NCBI RefSeq assembly: GCF_018350175.1 | Contig: NC_058382.1 | Coordinates: 56,980,001-57,044,000, forward strand | DNA length: 64,000 nucleotides | From: Felis catus | Lineage: Eukaryota | Direction: 5' to 3' | The notes under the pieces: model-generated | What the model was told of the DNA's origin: nothing | Databases searched by the model: none | The model's input: the letters and a program-made list of their open reading frames with translations, nothing else | Shown: piece by piece, positions 23,501 through 35,552 of the stretch | How positions within the stretch are numbered: the first letter of the stretch is position 1 | Layout of the letters: each line of letters starts with the position of its first letter | Translations under genes and position numbers: made by a program

Positions 23501-24757
23501 GGGGGAGGGGGGGAATGGATATCTTCTTGAAGGCAGACAGAAAAAAGGGAAAGAGGAGATATGGGAAATAATAATGGTGATAATCATAATCCTTGTATTG
23601 GTCTCCTGGGGCCGCTGTAACAAATTTTCACCGAGTTAGCAGTTTCAAACAACAGAAATGTATTCTCTTACAGTTCAGGGGGGTGACGGGGCACTGATGG
23701 CATCGTGGGGTGACGGAGGGCCACCGCTTTCTCTAGGTCCCGGGTTGACGTTGTTTTCCAGAGGGACAGAGCGGTGTTCCCGCGGCCAGTACAGCCTCAG
23801 TGGGCGCTCCACTCTTGTACAACTCCAAACACACAAATTCTCTCTTCTCCCCTTCTTCTTCTCACCACCCCTCCCCCCGCCCCAGAACTTTCTCGGAAGG
23901 CGAGTGAGAGTGATGTGATGTTCAGTTTTCCCTGCTCTTCCATTTGGTAAATATATATCTCCCAGAAATTTCCAATTTAAAACATGTTTAAGTCGTCCGC
24001 AGCCAGCCATATTTTAACTTTTCGCAGCAGCAGCTTGTTTGGGACATAACTCACAAACGCCGCGAACCCCGGTTGCTATCGCTTTGAACCGCTGCTGACA
24101 AATGTGTTTTGGGTGACCGCGGGTGTCGACAGGCTTTGCACAGGAGAGCGATGCGGTGCTTTACAGCTGCAAGACAGCCCCTCTGGCGGCCACACACCCC
24201 CACTGGGGACCTCAGCTCCTCTGGCCACTGCTCATTGGATCAGGGCCACACGTCAGCCTCAGAATCTGGAACCGGAACTCAGAGCCTCTCAGCCTCTGCT
24301 CACGGGGCCCGCGAGCAGGGAGATGTGAGATGGCCACGCGCTCCCGCTCACCCAGCAAATGCTCTGGGCCCGGCTCTGCTGCAGACCCCAGAGAGAGAGC
24401 AAGGCACGTGTGGTCCCTGCTTTCCGGGAGCTCGCGTCTTCATGGGGAGGAGAAGATACAAAAATCATTGAAAGCTCGGTCGGGAAGTATGTATTGGCGG
24501 TGTGTGCCGTGGTGACAGAGGAAGGAAGGAGTGAGTGGGTGGTAGAGTGAGGGAGGTAGTATCGGTGAGAATCCACCTCTTTCAGATGGCCAGCTGAAGA
24601 GTGAGAGCACGGGTCCAGGCTAGAGGACGCATGTGCAAATGCCCTGAAGTCAGAAAGTGGACAGAGCCTGGCACACCCGAGTGGCTGAGAGATGCCAAGT
24701 GTGACTGGGGCCTCAGAGGGAGGCAGGGTGGTGGCATGAGGTGAAAAGGCAGAACTA

Positions 24758-24911
24758 GAGGCACCCGGCTGGCTCAGTTGGTTGAGCGCCTGACGCTTGA
24801 TTTTTGGCTCAGGTCATGATCTCACGGTCGCGGGATCAAGCCGTGTTGGGCTCCATGCTGAGCGTGGAGCCTGCTTGAGATTTTCTCTCTCCCTCTGCCC
24901 CTCTCCCGCGC

Positions 24912-24948
<37 letters not shown>

Positions 24949-24964
24949 AAAAATGAAAAAAAAA
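24758..24964 (+). mobile_element. Can-SINE
   Basis: GGCACCCGGCTGGCTCAGTTGG...(CT)n, A tail. Confidence 0.87.
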
Positions 24965-25644
24965 TAGACGGTGAAACTAGAAGGGTCAGAACCCAAAGGG
25001 TCATGTAGGCCATGGTTTGGAGTATACATTTGATTTTGAATGCAGCCGCAAACTACCACCTGCCATTAAGCGAGGGAAGAATTATGCGACCCCTGGAGAT
25101 TTGCAGAACAAAGTACAAGGTGTCTTGGGGGAGGGGGCAGGGAAGGAGTAGGGAATGGTTATAGTTCCTTTACTGTCACTTCCGTGTCCTCCACGGCTAT
25201 TGAGATTTTCCACTTCTTCTTGGGTCAGTTCTTTTCAACTTTTGACGCACAACGTATGTACAGAGAGGTGAACCTATCCTAATGAGTTTTCTATAAGTAA
25301 ACACAGCCCTGTAACCGGCATCCAGATGAAGAAACAGAACATTACTTACCACCCCCAACCCCCTTATATCCCAGCCACCACCGCCCCGCCCCCCCCCCCC
25401 CCCCCCGCCAGCCTCCGACTGACCACCATCCTGACTTCTAACAGCAGAGGTCAGTTTCGACAGTTTCTAAACTTTATAGGATGGGATTACACAGCCCGTA
25501 CCCTTTAGCTTCTTTGATTTCTTTCACTTCAGACTGTGATTGGAAATTCGCCCTTACTGTTGATGGGGTTGAAGTTGCTCATTCTCTTTAGGATATTTCA
25601 TGGTGTGACAATCCACGCTTTATTTACGCATGGCACCGTTGACG

Positions 25645-26204
25645 TGGTGGACAGACTCTAAGGTGGTCCCGTGACGCCCACCTCCTGTGTTTGTGCCTCT
25701 GTGTGGTCCCCTCCTCTTGATAGTAGGCAGGGTGTGTGATGTGATTCTAGCCAATAGAAGGGTAATGGAATTCATTTCCACGATTACCTTACAGAGGATT
25801 GTGACCTCCATTCTGCAAGCAGACGCTCCCCCTTGCTGGCTTTGATGAAGCAGTGGCATTTTGGGGAGGCCGATGTGGCAAGCCTAGGAACTGTGGCCTA
25901 GGATGGCCTCTTGTGACTAGGGATGGCCTCCAGCCGACAGCCAGGAAGAAACTGAGGCCCGGGGTTTTACGAAGATCTAAATTCTGCCAGCAGCCACATG
26001 ACCTTGGCAGTGACCCCTTCCCGGCTGAGCTTTGAAATGAGACCCCTGCTGGGCAGACACCTGGACTGCAGCTTTGCGAGATTCTGAAGTAAGCTCCATT
26101 CCCAAATGCCTTCGTCACAGAATCTGTGGAATATAAAATGCGTGTCGTCTCCAGTCACGAGTTTTGTGGCAATCTGTCATGCAGCCTGTAATGGAAAACT
26201 AATA
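25645..26204 (+). mobile_element. MLT1E/F-type MaLR LTR inserted in an old minus-strand L1 (about 25230-26400)
   Basis: TGGTGGACAGACTCTAAGGTGGTCCC...GTTTTGTGGCAATCTGTCATGCAGC...AAAACTAATA. Confidence 0.7.
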
Positions 26205-26825
26205 TTAGGGACATTTGGGCAGCATCCAGGTCTGGGCTTTTAAAACCCGGGCTGCTATGAACATTCCGGGACATGTCTTTTGGTGAACATATGTGAGCAC
26301 TTCTGTTTGGCATACCCCTAGGACGGAACTGCAGGGTCATATGGGACGCATATGTTCCGCCTGAGGAAATTCTGCCAACGGTTTTCCCAACCCAGTTATG
26401 TTTGCGTGGGTGAGGACGGGCTTCAAACCCAGGTACGCCCAGCTCGAAAGCTCCATGTTTTCAACGGCCATATTTGCTTTCTAAGCTACTTGAGGGGCGA
26501 TCTCACGACAAGGAAATAAACACCTCTTCCTGGTAATTTTCGATGAGCAAAGCTTCCGTGTGTAAAATACTTGAAGGCAATAAAACGCACTTGTATATCT
26601 CATTATGTATCACATAATATCTCCGATCTCATTGAATTCCCACAACAGGCCATTAAGGGAGGTGTTATTGTTATTGTGCATTTCCAGATGGGAGCACTGA
26701 GCCCAGCCACGATGCAAGGGAGTCCCCTGAGACTGGACGCCCCCTGCTGGTCCGGTGCCACATGGGAAGGCTGACCTCCGATCTCCTCTCTCCGGGGCCT
26801 GGACTTTGCTCTGCGCCATGACGCT

Positions 26826-26972
26826 TTTTTGCTTTTCTCTTCTTTTCTTTTTCTTTCTTTTTTTTTTTTAAGTTTTTATTTATTTTTGAGGGGGGGGGCA
26901 TAAGTGGGGGAGGGGCAGAGAGAGAGGGAGACACACAATCCGAAGCAGGCTCCAGGCTCTGAGCTGTCAGCC
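26826..26972 (-). mobile_element. 5'-truncated Can-SINE
   Basis: Poly-T then GAGGGGCAGAGAGAGAGGGAGACAC...GCAGGCTCCAGGCTCTGAGCTGTCAG. Confidence 0.85.
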
Positions 26973-29900
26973 CCCCTTCTTTTTCTTTCTCTCTTCCTTT
27001 TTAAAGAAATGGTGGCATGCGTCTGGATGGGGGGAGGGGCCCGTAGCAAGGAGATCCAAGAATCCAGGATCCGGATGCATACATCCGGATGTAACCGTTG
27101 GTCGGGAGCCAGTGCCTCACGGCAATCCTGTCTGTTTATTTGACACGGCAGGTCTCATGAGTGTGCGTTTCAGGGTCTCGTGAAATAAATCCCAGGTCTC
27201 AGAAGCGCCCTCTGTTTGTCTCATCAACAAACGTTCGCAGGGGGTCTTAGAGCGGATCCTCACCACGACTGGATGAGAACGTGGTTGCAGATGCTACACA
27301 TTCATTTCCAGGCGGTTCGGAAGGAGCCCCTACGTGTAAACTCGAGGGGCGGGCAAAGCGGGAGGGAGCACTCCGACTGCGTGCCGCACTCTCAGCCGCA
27401 GAGCGGCCTGCGCGGCCTGAAGGAGGTCAGGCCCCGGGCTCACGGACCTCTGTCCCCAACTGACACACCGGTGACCCTAAGGCTGAGGAACAGATCGGCC
27501 GGAAACTCTGACTTCAAACAACCAATGAGAGTTTGCTTTTCACCGTCTGGGCGGCAGGAATTTGGGAGGGGCTCCCCCGGGGCAGTTCTGGCTCCCGGCC
27601 CTCCTATGGTTCCAGTCCAAGAACAGGAAGGAGATTGGGGTGCGTGGTGGCTGGCCAGGCCTCTCTGTCCCTCCGTGTAGTCCCAGGGCCTCTCTCTGGG
27701 CTCCCTCCCAGCCTGGTGGGCTCAGAGGTTGCCCTGCCTACCTGGCAGGGGGAAGAAGTGCCTCTCCCTTTATGCCCCAGGCTTCAGTTCCATCACGTTC
27801 TGATGGTCACAGGACAGCGATCGGCTCCGTCTCTGAGCCCCGTGGGAAGCAGGCACTGAGACAGAGTTAGGGGCCCACGAGATTGCTCGGGGGTAACCCC
27901 AAGAGAGAACAGGGCACAGGCAGGATGTCTGGGGAAAGTCTTCCGACCACAGGGTGGACCTGACACCTGGAAGGGAAGGGGCAGGGCGAGCCTGGGACGC
28001 CAGTGCTGAATGGCCGGTGGCCGCCCACCCAAGCTCCTGCTCCAGGGCAAGGCTGCGTGCAGGGAGGAGGCCGCTGCATAGCCCCGCGCCCTGCTGAGGG
28101 GCCGGCAGGGCTGCCCAGGAAGAGCTCCCTGTTGCAGGTGTTACTGGACCCCCGTCCGGGCCTCTGGATGTGCAACTTCCTTCAAGGCAGAGCCGAGCCG
28201 CAAGCCGCGAACCTGTGGAGGCCACGCAGCCCCAAGGGGCGGGGACATAGGCCCCCGCCCCTTGGTGGGGAGTCACCAGATGCCGGACCAACAGACTGGA
28301 CAGGAGTTGTCAAATGCGGCCATCTGGGGGACGCGCCACTGTCGCAGCCCGTGTTGAGCACACGGAAACGTGCCCTACCGTAGAGAAGAACCTCTGATGG
28401 CTTGGAATCAGCTGGAATGGGCTCAGATCCTGCCACGCCCCCTGACTAGCTGTGTCACTGCGGGCAAATACACAACCTCTGGGTTTTGCCGTCTGAAAGT
28501 GGGGAAAGTAAGCCCCTCCTTCACGAGGTCGTCTGAGAATTCAGTGAACCCCATGGCACCTTCCCTGGCGTGTAGTCAGTGCCCAGAGGGGGTGAAGATC
28601 ATCATTATTATTACTAAGACCGCTTAATCCTGGTTGGAAGTGAGTTTGACTGTTAACTTGGGTCTTGGTGAGAACACCGAGTTATCAAGAGGAGATTGAA
28701 TTATATTTCAGACAGTTGTTAAGGCAGCAAAGCGGAGACTTTGTTAAACACTAGAAGTGGTGGCCCGGGCTCTCGAAACTCTCTAGAAGTAGAAGCTTCT
28801 GCAGCCTTGTCCCACCCGGGCGGAGAGCTGGCGCACAGGAGACGCTCTGCACACGTTCACGGCCTCAAGTTGCATCTAATGAAGGATGAAACATAGCTTT
28901 CTCAAAGAGGCATAACATTTTGAGCCAGATGAATCTAGGTTTTCTTTGCCATCTAAAATGGAAATGGGGGAAAGATGGCTTTTTCTTATTATTAAAAGTC
29001 CTGCATGCTCGTTGTAATTTTTTTTTTTATTTCAGGCAAAAAAAAAAAAAATTCAGGGAACTCAAAAATATATTTAAAAGATCGTTTAAAAAAAAAAAAG
29101 TCATCTCCCAGAAATAACGGCTATCAACATTTTGATGAACTTTTTTTCAAGTGCTTTTTAACAAATAAAAATAGAAGCATGGTATAAGACTGCTAATACC
29201 CCCGTCAGCATCCACTGGTGCTCTCTGAAGGGTACTGTCACCACCACACCCATTTTACAGATGAGCAAGTTGAGGCTAAAGAGGGGAAGTACCTTGCCTG
29301 TGGCTGCCGTCGGCAAGTGGTGGCTCGGGATTTGAACACGGGGAGTAAGACTTCGTGTCCTCTGTCTTCACCACCTAACCTCTCTCCTGCCTTCCGAACC
29401 AGGTAGGGGGAAGAAGTGGAAATACGTTAACTGACTGCTTTTTCGTACTTTTTCACACTGTTCCTCGCGGCGCTGAAATGTCAACCCTTTAGTTAAGGTA
29501 GAGACGTGTCGTCTTGGGTTCCAGCGAGGAAATAAAGCTCAGGGAAGTTAAATAAGTCTCCTGGAGCCTCACGGCTCATAAGACAACCATCACTGCAGCC
29601 CTCACCTGCCTCACGCGGAAGCTTGTTCGCGCTGCGGTAACACAAGCTTGTTCCTGTCCACGCCGGGGTCCTGTGGGGAGGTCCCACCACGTGTCCGAGA
29701 GGCTGCGGTCTTACCAGCAAGAGACTGACCTTCAGAGTCAGCAGTCACAAGCACGGCCGTGTGTCTCATGGACGCTGGAGCCAGACTTCCAGGGCAACCT
29801 CGGGCAAGTGATTTAACCTCTCTCTGCCTCAGTTTACCTTATCAGTAAAAACGCAGATACAAACGGAACTTACCTCTCAGCGCTGTTGTGAGAGCAAAGC

Positions 29901-29982
29901 GAACAGGTTCATGGGAAGTGTGTGGGACACCGTGTCCGGCACCTAATAAGTTCGATACCAAGCATTACCTATTCTTAACCAC

Positions 29983-30181
29983 TTTTTGAAGCTTATTTAT
30001 TTATTTTGAGAGAGTGGGCGAGGGACAGAGAGAGAGAGGAAGAGAGAGCATCCCAAGCCGACTCCGCGCTGTCAGCAAGGAACGGGACGGGTGGTGTGGC
30101 CTGAACCCACGAACCCTGAGACCATGACCTGACCCGAAACCAAGAGTCGGACACTTCACCAACAGAGCCACCCAGGCCCCC
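29983..30181 (-). mobile_element. Older Can-SINE
   Basis: Diverged body ending GAGCCACCCAGGCCCC. Confidence 0.8.
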
Positions 30182-30276
30182 TGCCTATCCTTGTATTAAC
30201 AGACACTAGAGCCTGATACAGAACGTATTTTCCCATTGCATTTCCTCTTGGACCAAGCAAAGGAAACCTTGGAAGG

Positions 30277-30697
30277 TATGTGAGTTTCCTACGGCTGCTC
30301 TAACGAATGACCGCGAAGTCCCTGGCTTATAGCAACACAGATTCATTCTCTGACAGTTCAGGAGGTCTGAAGCCCAACCCTGGTCTCACTGGGCTGAAAT
30401 GGGGAATCTGTTCCCCTGCCCGTCCCAGCTTCTGGAGGTGCCCGCTTCTTCCTTAGGCTGTGGCCCCTCCTCCGTCTTCCTGCACAGCACCTTCAAATCT
30501 CTCTCCAGCTCTGATGTTCCAGCCTCCCTCTTCCACCAAGATGACTTAGGACAACCTCCCTGTCTCAAGGTTTGCTCATCAGCAACCTTAATTCCACCTG
30601 CAGCCTTACTTCCCCTTTGCCGTGTGACCTAACATAACCACAGGCTCCGGGGATTCGGATTTGGGCATATTTGGGGGCACATCATTCCGCGCACCTC
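30277..30697 (-). mobile_element. MLT1C-type MaLR LTR
   Basis: GTTTCCTACGGCTGCTCTAAC...ATTCTCTGACAGTTCAGGAGG...CAACCTTAATTCCACCTGCAGCC. Confidence 0.65.
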
Positions 30698-31279
30698 GGA
30701 ACAGTAGCGGGGTCCCTTCCCTCCTGTCTCCATTCACTTCTCCTTGCTCAGGCCTCCCCATCAAAGCTCCGACCCCTCGCCACCAGCGCCCTGAGCCCCT
30801 CGTTCCTGACACCTCTTGAGACAGCGAAGAGGTCCCAGTCTGAACTGTCTCCAGTTCCCCTGTTGTCGGAATGTAGCATCTACAAGTAATCGAAGGGTTG
30901 ATACTGACCACCTTTCCTAGCTTGACTCCCAGGAGTGTGTTCCGGGCTCTGTGGGGGTGCCGACCCCCCACGCCCAGTCACTGTAATTCTGTTTCTTCGC
31001 CCAGTGGCTCCAACAGCAAGGTGTTTGTTAATTGCGACCAAATTAGAACCCGCTTCCAGTCATTCAACAACAGATACACCTAATACGCGTTAAGCGGCTA
31101 CTATGTGCCAGGCGACAGAAATATAAAGAGAAATGAGACACAGATCCTGCCGTCCCGGAGCTCAGTGTTGGAGTAATAGATCGGGGAGGAAGGCAGACGT
31201 GTATAAAAACCTGATGGCTGTTACTTAGTACAGTGGGCCCCCGCAGCCCAACAGTTTCGCCCACAGGCATTGGCCCCCG

Positions 31280-31765
31280 TGGTTTCCAGTGTGGCTGTAC
31301 TTTAGATTCGCCTAAGACTTTGCTATTTAGAATCCCAATGCCCAGGCCTCGCTCTAGGATGTACGGCCTGGGCATCAGTATTAAAGCTCCCGGGTGACTC
31401 CAGGCAGTATGAGAACTGGTGCTAACAGTATGCCCCCAGGTTCTAATTTAATTGGACCTGATGGAGTCTGGGCATGGGCTATGCTTAAAACTCCCCTACA
31501 TGATTCTAAAGTATAGCAAAGCTTGAGGAACACAAGTCTAGAGCAATGATTCTCTACAGCGGAGGGCCGTTTTGTCCTCCGAGGGACATCTGGCCACGTC
31601 TGGAAACATATTTGGTTGTTGCAATGGGGTGTGCTACTGGCATCTAGTGGGTAGAGGCCAGGGATGTTGCTAAATATCCTACAATCCCCACCCCCAACCC
31701 CCGCCCATGCATGGCCCATCCCCAAGTGTGTAATCGTGTCAAGACTATGAGATGTCTAGAGAGAC
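31280..31765. mobile_element. MER5-like and MER20-like hAT MITE remnants
   Basis: TAAAGCTCCCGGGTGACTC...TGAGAAC (MER5-like); GCTACTGGCATCTAGTGGGTAGAGGCCAGGGATGTTGCTAAATATCCTACAAT (MER20 core). Confidence 0.7.
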
Positions 31766-32699
31766 CCTTGCGCCTGTGCCCCAGGACTAAGACACATGTC
31801 TAAAGATGTTCATAGGACAGGCGAAAACAAATCAACCTGGATACAACCCAAATGCAGAGGTGAATCTGTATTAGCATATTCATAGCACGCACAACTTCAG
31901 GAAACCAATTCGCGATACATCAGGGGTGAGAGAACAGAGGCTTCCCTGGGGGGAGACAGAGGGGGGTCCCCAGAACTGAGGCTGCCTTTCCAGCTAGCAC
32001 CAGTGAGTTGATGAGTCTCTTTCTTTCTAGGATTTTTGGTGAGTTTGCCATTTCCTGGGGAAATGGATCCTATTTGGTCTCTTTCGGTAATTTGGGCAAC
32101 TCCAGTAAAGAAAAAAAAATCAGCATTCATGGAAGTATTTCCTGCGGTATAATTGATATATACATAATAGAAAAAAAATTAGAAACCATGTAAATATCCA
32201 GAAATGGCAAAGTGATTAAGACATTATGGTACATCAACTCAATTGAATGTTATGAAGCCATTAAAAAGGATAATTAGGAAGGTGATTTAGAAACGTAGGA
32301 AATTTTTGTGATATGATGGGAAGTGAAAAAAAACAGGAAGTTAAACAGCACAAACACAGTGATTACAACTCAGAAAAATATGTTGGCCTGTGGACAAATA
32401 CTGGAAGGATTTGCAGAAATAAAGACTGTCGTAATTAGGATACTAGAATTATGGGTGTTTTTTTTTTTTTCCTAAAACTTTCTTTAACGCTATTTTTTTA
32501 TACTCAAAATCTTTTGGGACCACTGCCCAGCCCCTATCCTTGTCTGCTGAACACTGAACCCTGCTCAGCCCTGTTTGGTCCCTGAGACCCTGTATCCCAC
32601 CCTGGGCACCTGTTCCTAGCTGGACGAATCACATTCTCTCTACTGATTGGCTAGAGAGGACTCAAGATGCTAATCCCTCTGGGATAGTCTGTCTTTCTT

Positions 32700-34170
32700 T
32701 CTTTTTTTTTTTTTTTTTTTTTTTTGAGATAAAATTCACATAACATAAAATTTACCATTTTAAAGTGCGCAATTCAGTAGAGTTTAGTACATTTACAATG
32801 TTATGCAATCATGGCCACTATCTGATTAAAGAACATTTTCATCACCCAAGAAGGAAACTCCATACCCATTGGCAGTCACTCCCAGTTCTCCCCTCCCCCA
32901 GCCCTAGGCAACCATTAAATTTACTTTCTGACTCTGTTGATTTGCCTGTTCTGGATATTTCATATACATGGGACCATACAGTATGTTGTTTTTATATCTG
33001 GCTCCTTTCACTTGGCATAATGTTTTCAAGGTTCATCCATGTTGTAACATGTTGTAACATGTGTAACGTGTAACATGTTGTAACATGTGTAACATGTAAC
33101 ATGCTGTAACATGTGTTGTATCAGTGCTTTGTTTTTTTATGGCTGGATAGTATTCCATTCATCCACTCATGGACATTTGGGTTGTTTCTTTTGGGGGCTG
33201 TTATGAATAATGCCGCTATGAACATTCATGTACGAGTGTTTGTGCGAACAAATGTTTATATTCTCTCGAGTACCTAGGAGTAGAAGTGCTGGGCTTATAG
33301 GGTAACTCTTTGTTGAACTATTTGAGGTACTCCCAAAATGATTTCTAGAATAGCTCTATCATTTTAAATTCCCACCAACAGTGTATGAGAGTTCCAATTT
33401 CTCGACATCCCCACTATTTCTTTTATTATTTTTTTTTAATTTTTTTTTTCAACGTTTATTTATTTTTGGGACAGAGAGAGACAGAGCATGAACGGGGGAG
33501 GGGCAGAGAGAGAGGGAGACACAGAATTGGAAACAGGCTCCAGGCTCTGAGCCATCAGCCCAGAGCCTGACGTGGGGCTCGAACCCACGCACCGCGAGAT
33601 CGTGACCTGGCTGAAGTCGGATGCTTAACCGACTGCGCCACCCAGGCGCCCCTGTTTATTTATTTTTGAGACAGAGATAGAGCATGAACAGGGGAGGGGC
33701 AGAGAGAGAGAGGGAGACACAGAATCTGAAACAGGCTCCAGGCTCTGAGCTGTCAGCACAGAGCCTGACATGGGGCTCGAACTCACGGACCGTGAGATCA
33801 TGACCTGAAGGAAGTCGGATGCTCAACCTACTAAGCGCCCGCGGGCGCCCCTTCATGTGAATTTTAGATTCAGCTCTTCCGTTTCTGCAAATTGGAGCTT
33901 TGAAAGGAGTTGCAAAGCATCTGTAGATGAATTTGGCCAAATATTGCCACCTTAACAATATTAAAGCTTCTAATGCATTAACAAGGGACGTCATTCCATT
34001 TATGGAGGTATTTCCACAATGCTCTGCAGTCTTCAGTGTGCAGACCTTAAGCTTCCTTGGTTACATATATTCCCACCCCCCTTTTTCTTTTTCTTTCTTT
34101 CTTTTTTTTTTTTTTTTTTTTTTTTGATACTCCAGTAAAGTGAACTGTTACCTTAATTTCATGTTTGGCT
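32700..34170 (-). mobile_element. L1 fragments (3' end and ORF2 piece) carrying a tandem SINE pair (about 33420-33652 young; about 33654-33851)
   Basis: Poly-T plus GAGATAAAATTCACATAACATAAAATTTACC L1 terminus; two head-to-tail minus-strand SINE bodies. Confidence 0.85.
33038..33120. repeat. (CATGTTGTAA)n-like microsatellite expanded inside L1
   Basis: About 9 imperfect TGTAACA(TG) units; CATG at 33038, 33048, 33058, 33074, 33084, 33093, 33100 and 33110. Confidence 0.9.
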
Positions 34171-34206
34171 TAGGGAAGTCTTTTGAACCAAGAGCATGAG
34201 CAGGGA

Positions 34207-34416
34207 GGAGGCGCCTGGATGGCTCAGTCGGTTAAGCGTCCAACTCTTGATTTCAGCTCAGGTCATACTTTCAAGACTTATGAGATCAAGCCCCTCACTG
34301 GGCTCTGTGCTGACAGCACGGAGCCTGTGTGGGCTTTTCTCCCTTCCTCTCTCTCTGACCCTCTCCCCTGATCTCTCTCTCTCTCTCTCTCAAAATAAAT
34401 AAACATTAAAAAAAAA
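34207..34416 (+). mobile_element. Can-SINE
   Basis: GGCGCCTGGATGGCTCAGTCGGTTAAG...AAAATAAATAAAC. Confidence 0.88.
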
Positions 34417-34828
34417 CAACTGGATGGTAACACCTAGAGAAAAACGAGTCTGAACACAGATAAAGGCAGAAAGCAGAAATGATGTGAAAAGGAAGGCAGT
34501 TCCAAGAGAGAGATTGAGAACTGTCCTCAGGGCAAATGATTTGGACACCAGGCTCTTGCGTAAGTAGGAGTATCCCAGGCTGGAGGAGATGTGGCCAAGT
34601 GGCCAAACACCAAAGAAGCCCATCTAAACCAGACCTGCTCCTTAGCAGCTGGTGACAAGTTTTCTCCACTTCCTTGGTAAAGAGGAACTGGGGTGTGCTC
34701 CCAAGGCCAGGTCTTCAGGGTGCTTTGTGTGTCTGTGTTTTTCCAGAATGAGCCAAATGTAATTTCCACGTGCCCTGTGAGATCAGGCATGCGCAACAAA
34801 GGCTGGTCTCATAAAGAGCTACCTCCCA

Positions 34829-35048
34829 GGGGTCGCCTGGGTGGCTCAGTCAGTTGAGCGTCTGACTGTGGCTCAGGTCATGATCTTTCAGTTTGTGAGT
34901 TCGAGCCCCCCATCGAACTCAGCGCAGAGCCCATTTCGGCTCTTCTGTTCCCCCACCTCTGTCCCTCCCCTGTTCATGCCCTGTGTCTCTTAAAAATAAA
35001 TCAAAGCATTAAAAATTAAATATATATATATATATGCATATATATATA
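34829..35048 (+). mobile_element. Can-SINE with (TA)n tail
   Basis: CTACCTCCC(C)AGG on both flanks. Confidence 0.88.
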
Positions 35049-35370
35049 GACCTACCTCCCAGGATTTTTATATCAAAATACTTGCACTGGAGGGTTCCAC
35101 CTATGAAATTCTGGCACTTACAGATAGTCAACTGGGGGCTCCACTCCTCTCTCCCTTCAACAACAGATACTGTATTTTCATTGAAGTGAAATGAAGTCAC
35201 ATCCTACTGATAATGCCTTCAGCCTTTGGGGGGTGGGGCGCGCAGCTTGGTGTGTTAATTCCTTCCATAAAGGTAGTGGGTTAGGGAAACGGAGAAGGAA
35301 GCAGTGAAGGGAGTTCAGAGCCTGACTTCCTAGAGGACAAAACAAATCTCTCGTAATAACTGTGGCTATT

Positions 35371-35552
35371 GGGGCACCCGGGTGGCTCAGCCGGTTAAGC
35401 CTCCGACTTCGGCTCAGGTCATGATCTCACAGTTCGTGGGTTCGAGCCGCGCATCGGCCTCTGTGCTGACAGTGTGGAGCCTGGTTGGGATGCTCTCTGT
35501 CTCTCTCTCTCTCTCTGCCCTCCCCCTCCCTCAAAATACATAAATAAATAAG
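35371..35552 (+). mobile_element. Can-SINE
   Basis: TSD AATAACTGTG(G/A)CTATT. Confidence 0.9.
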
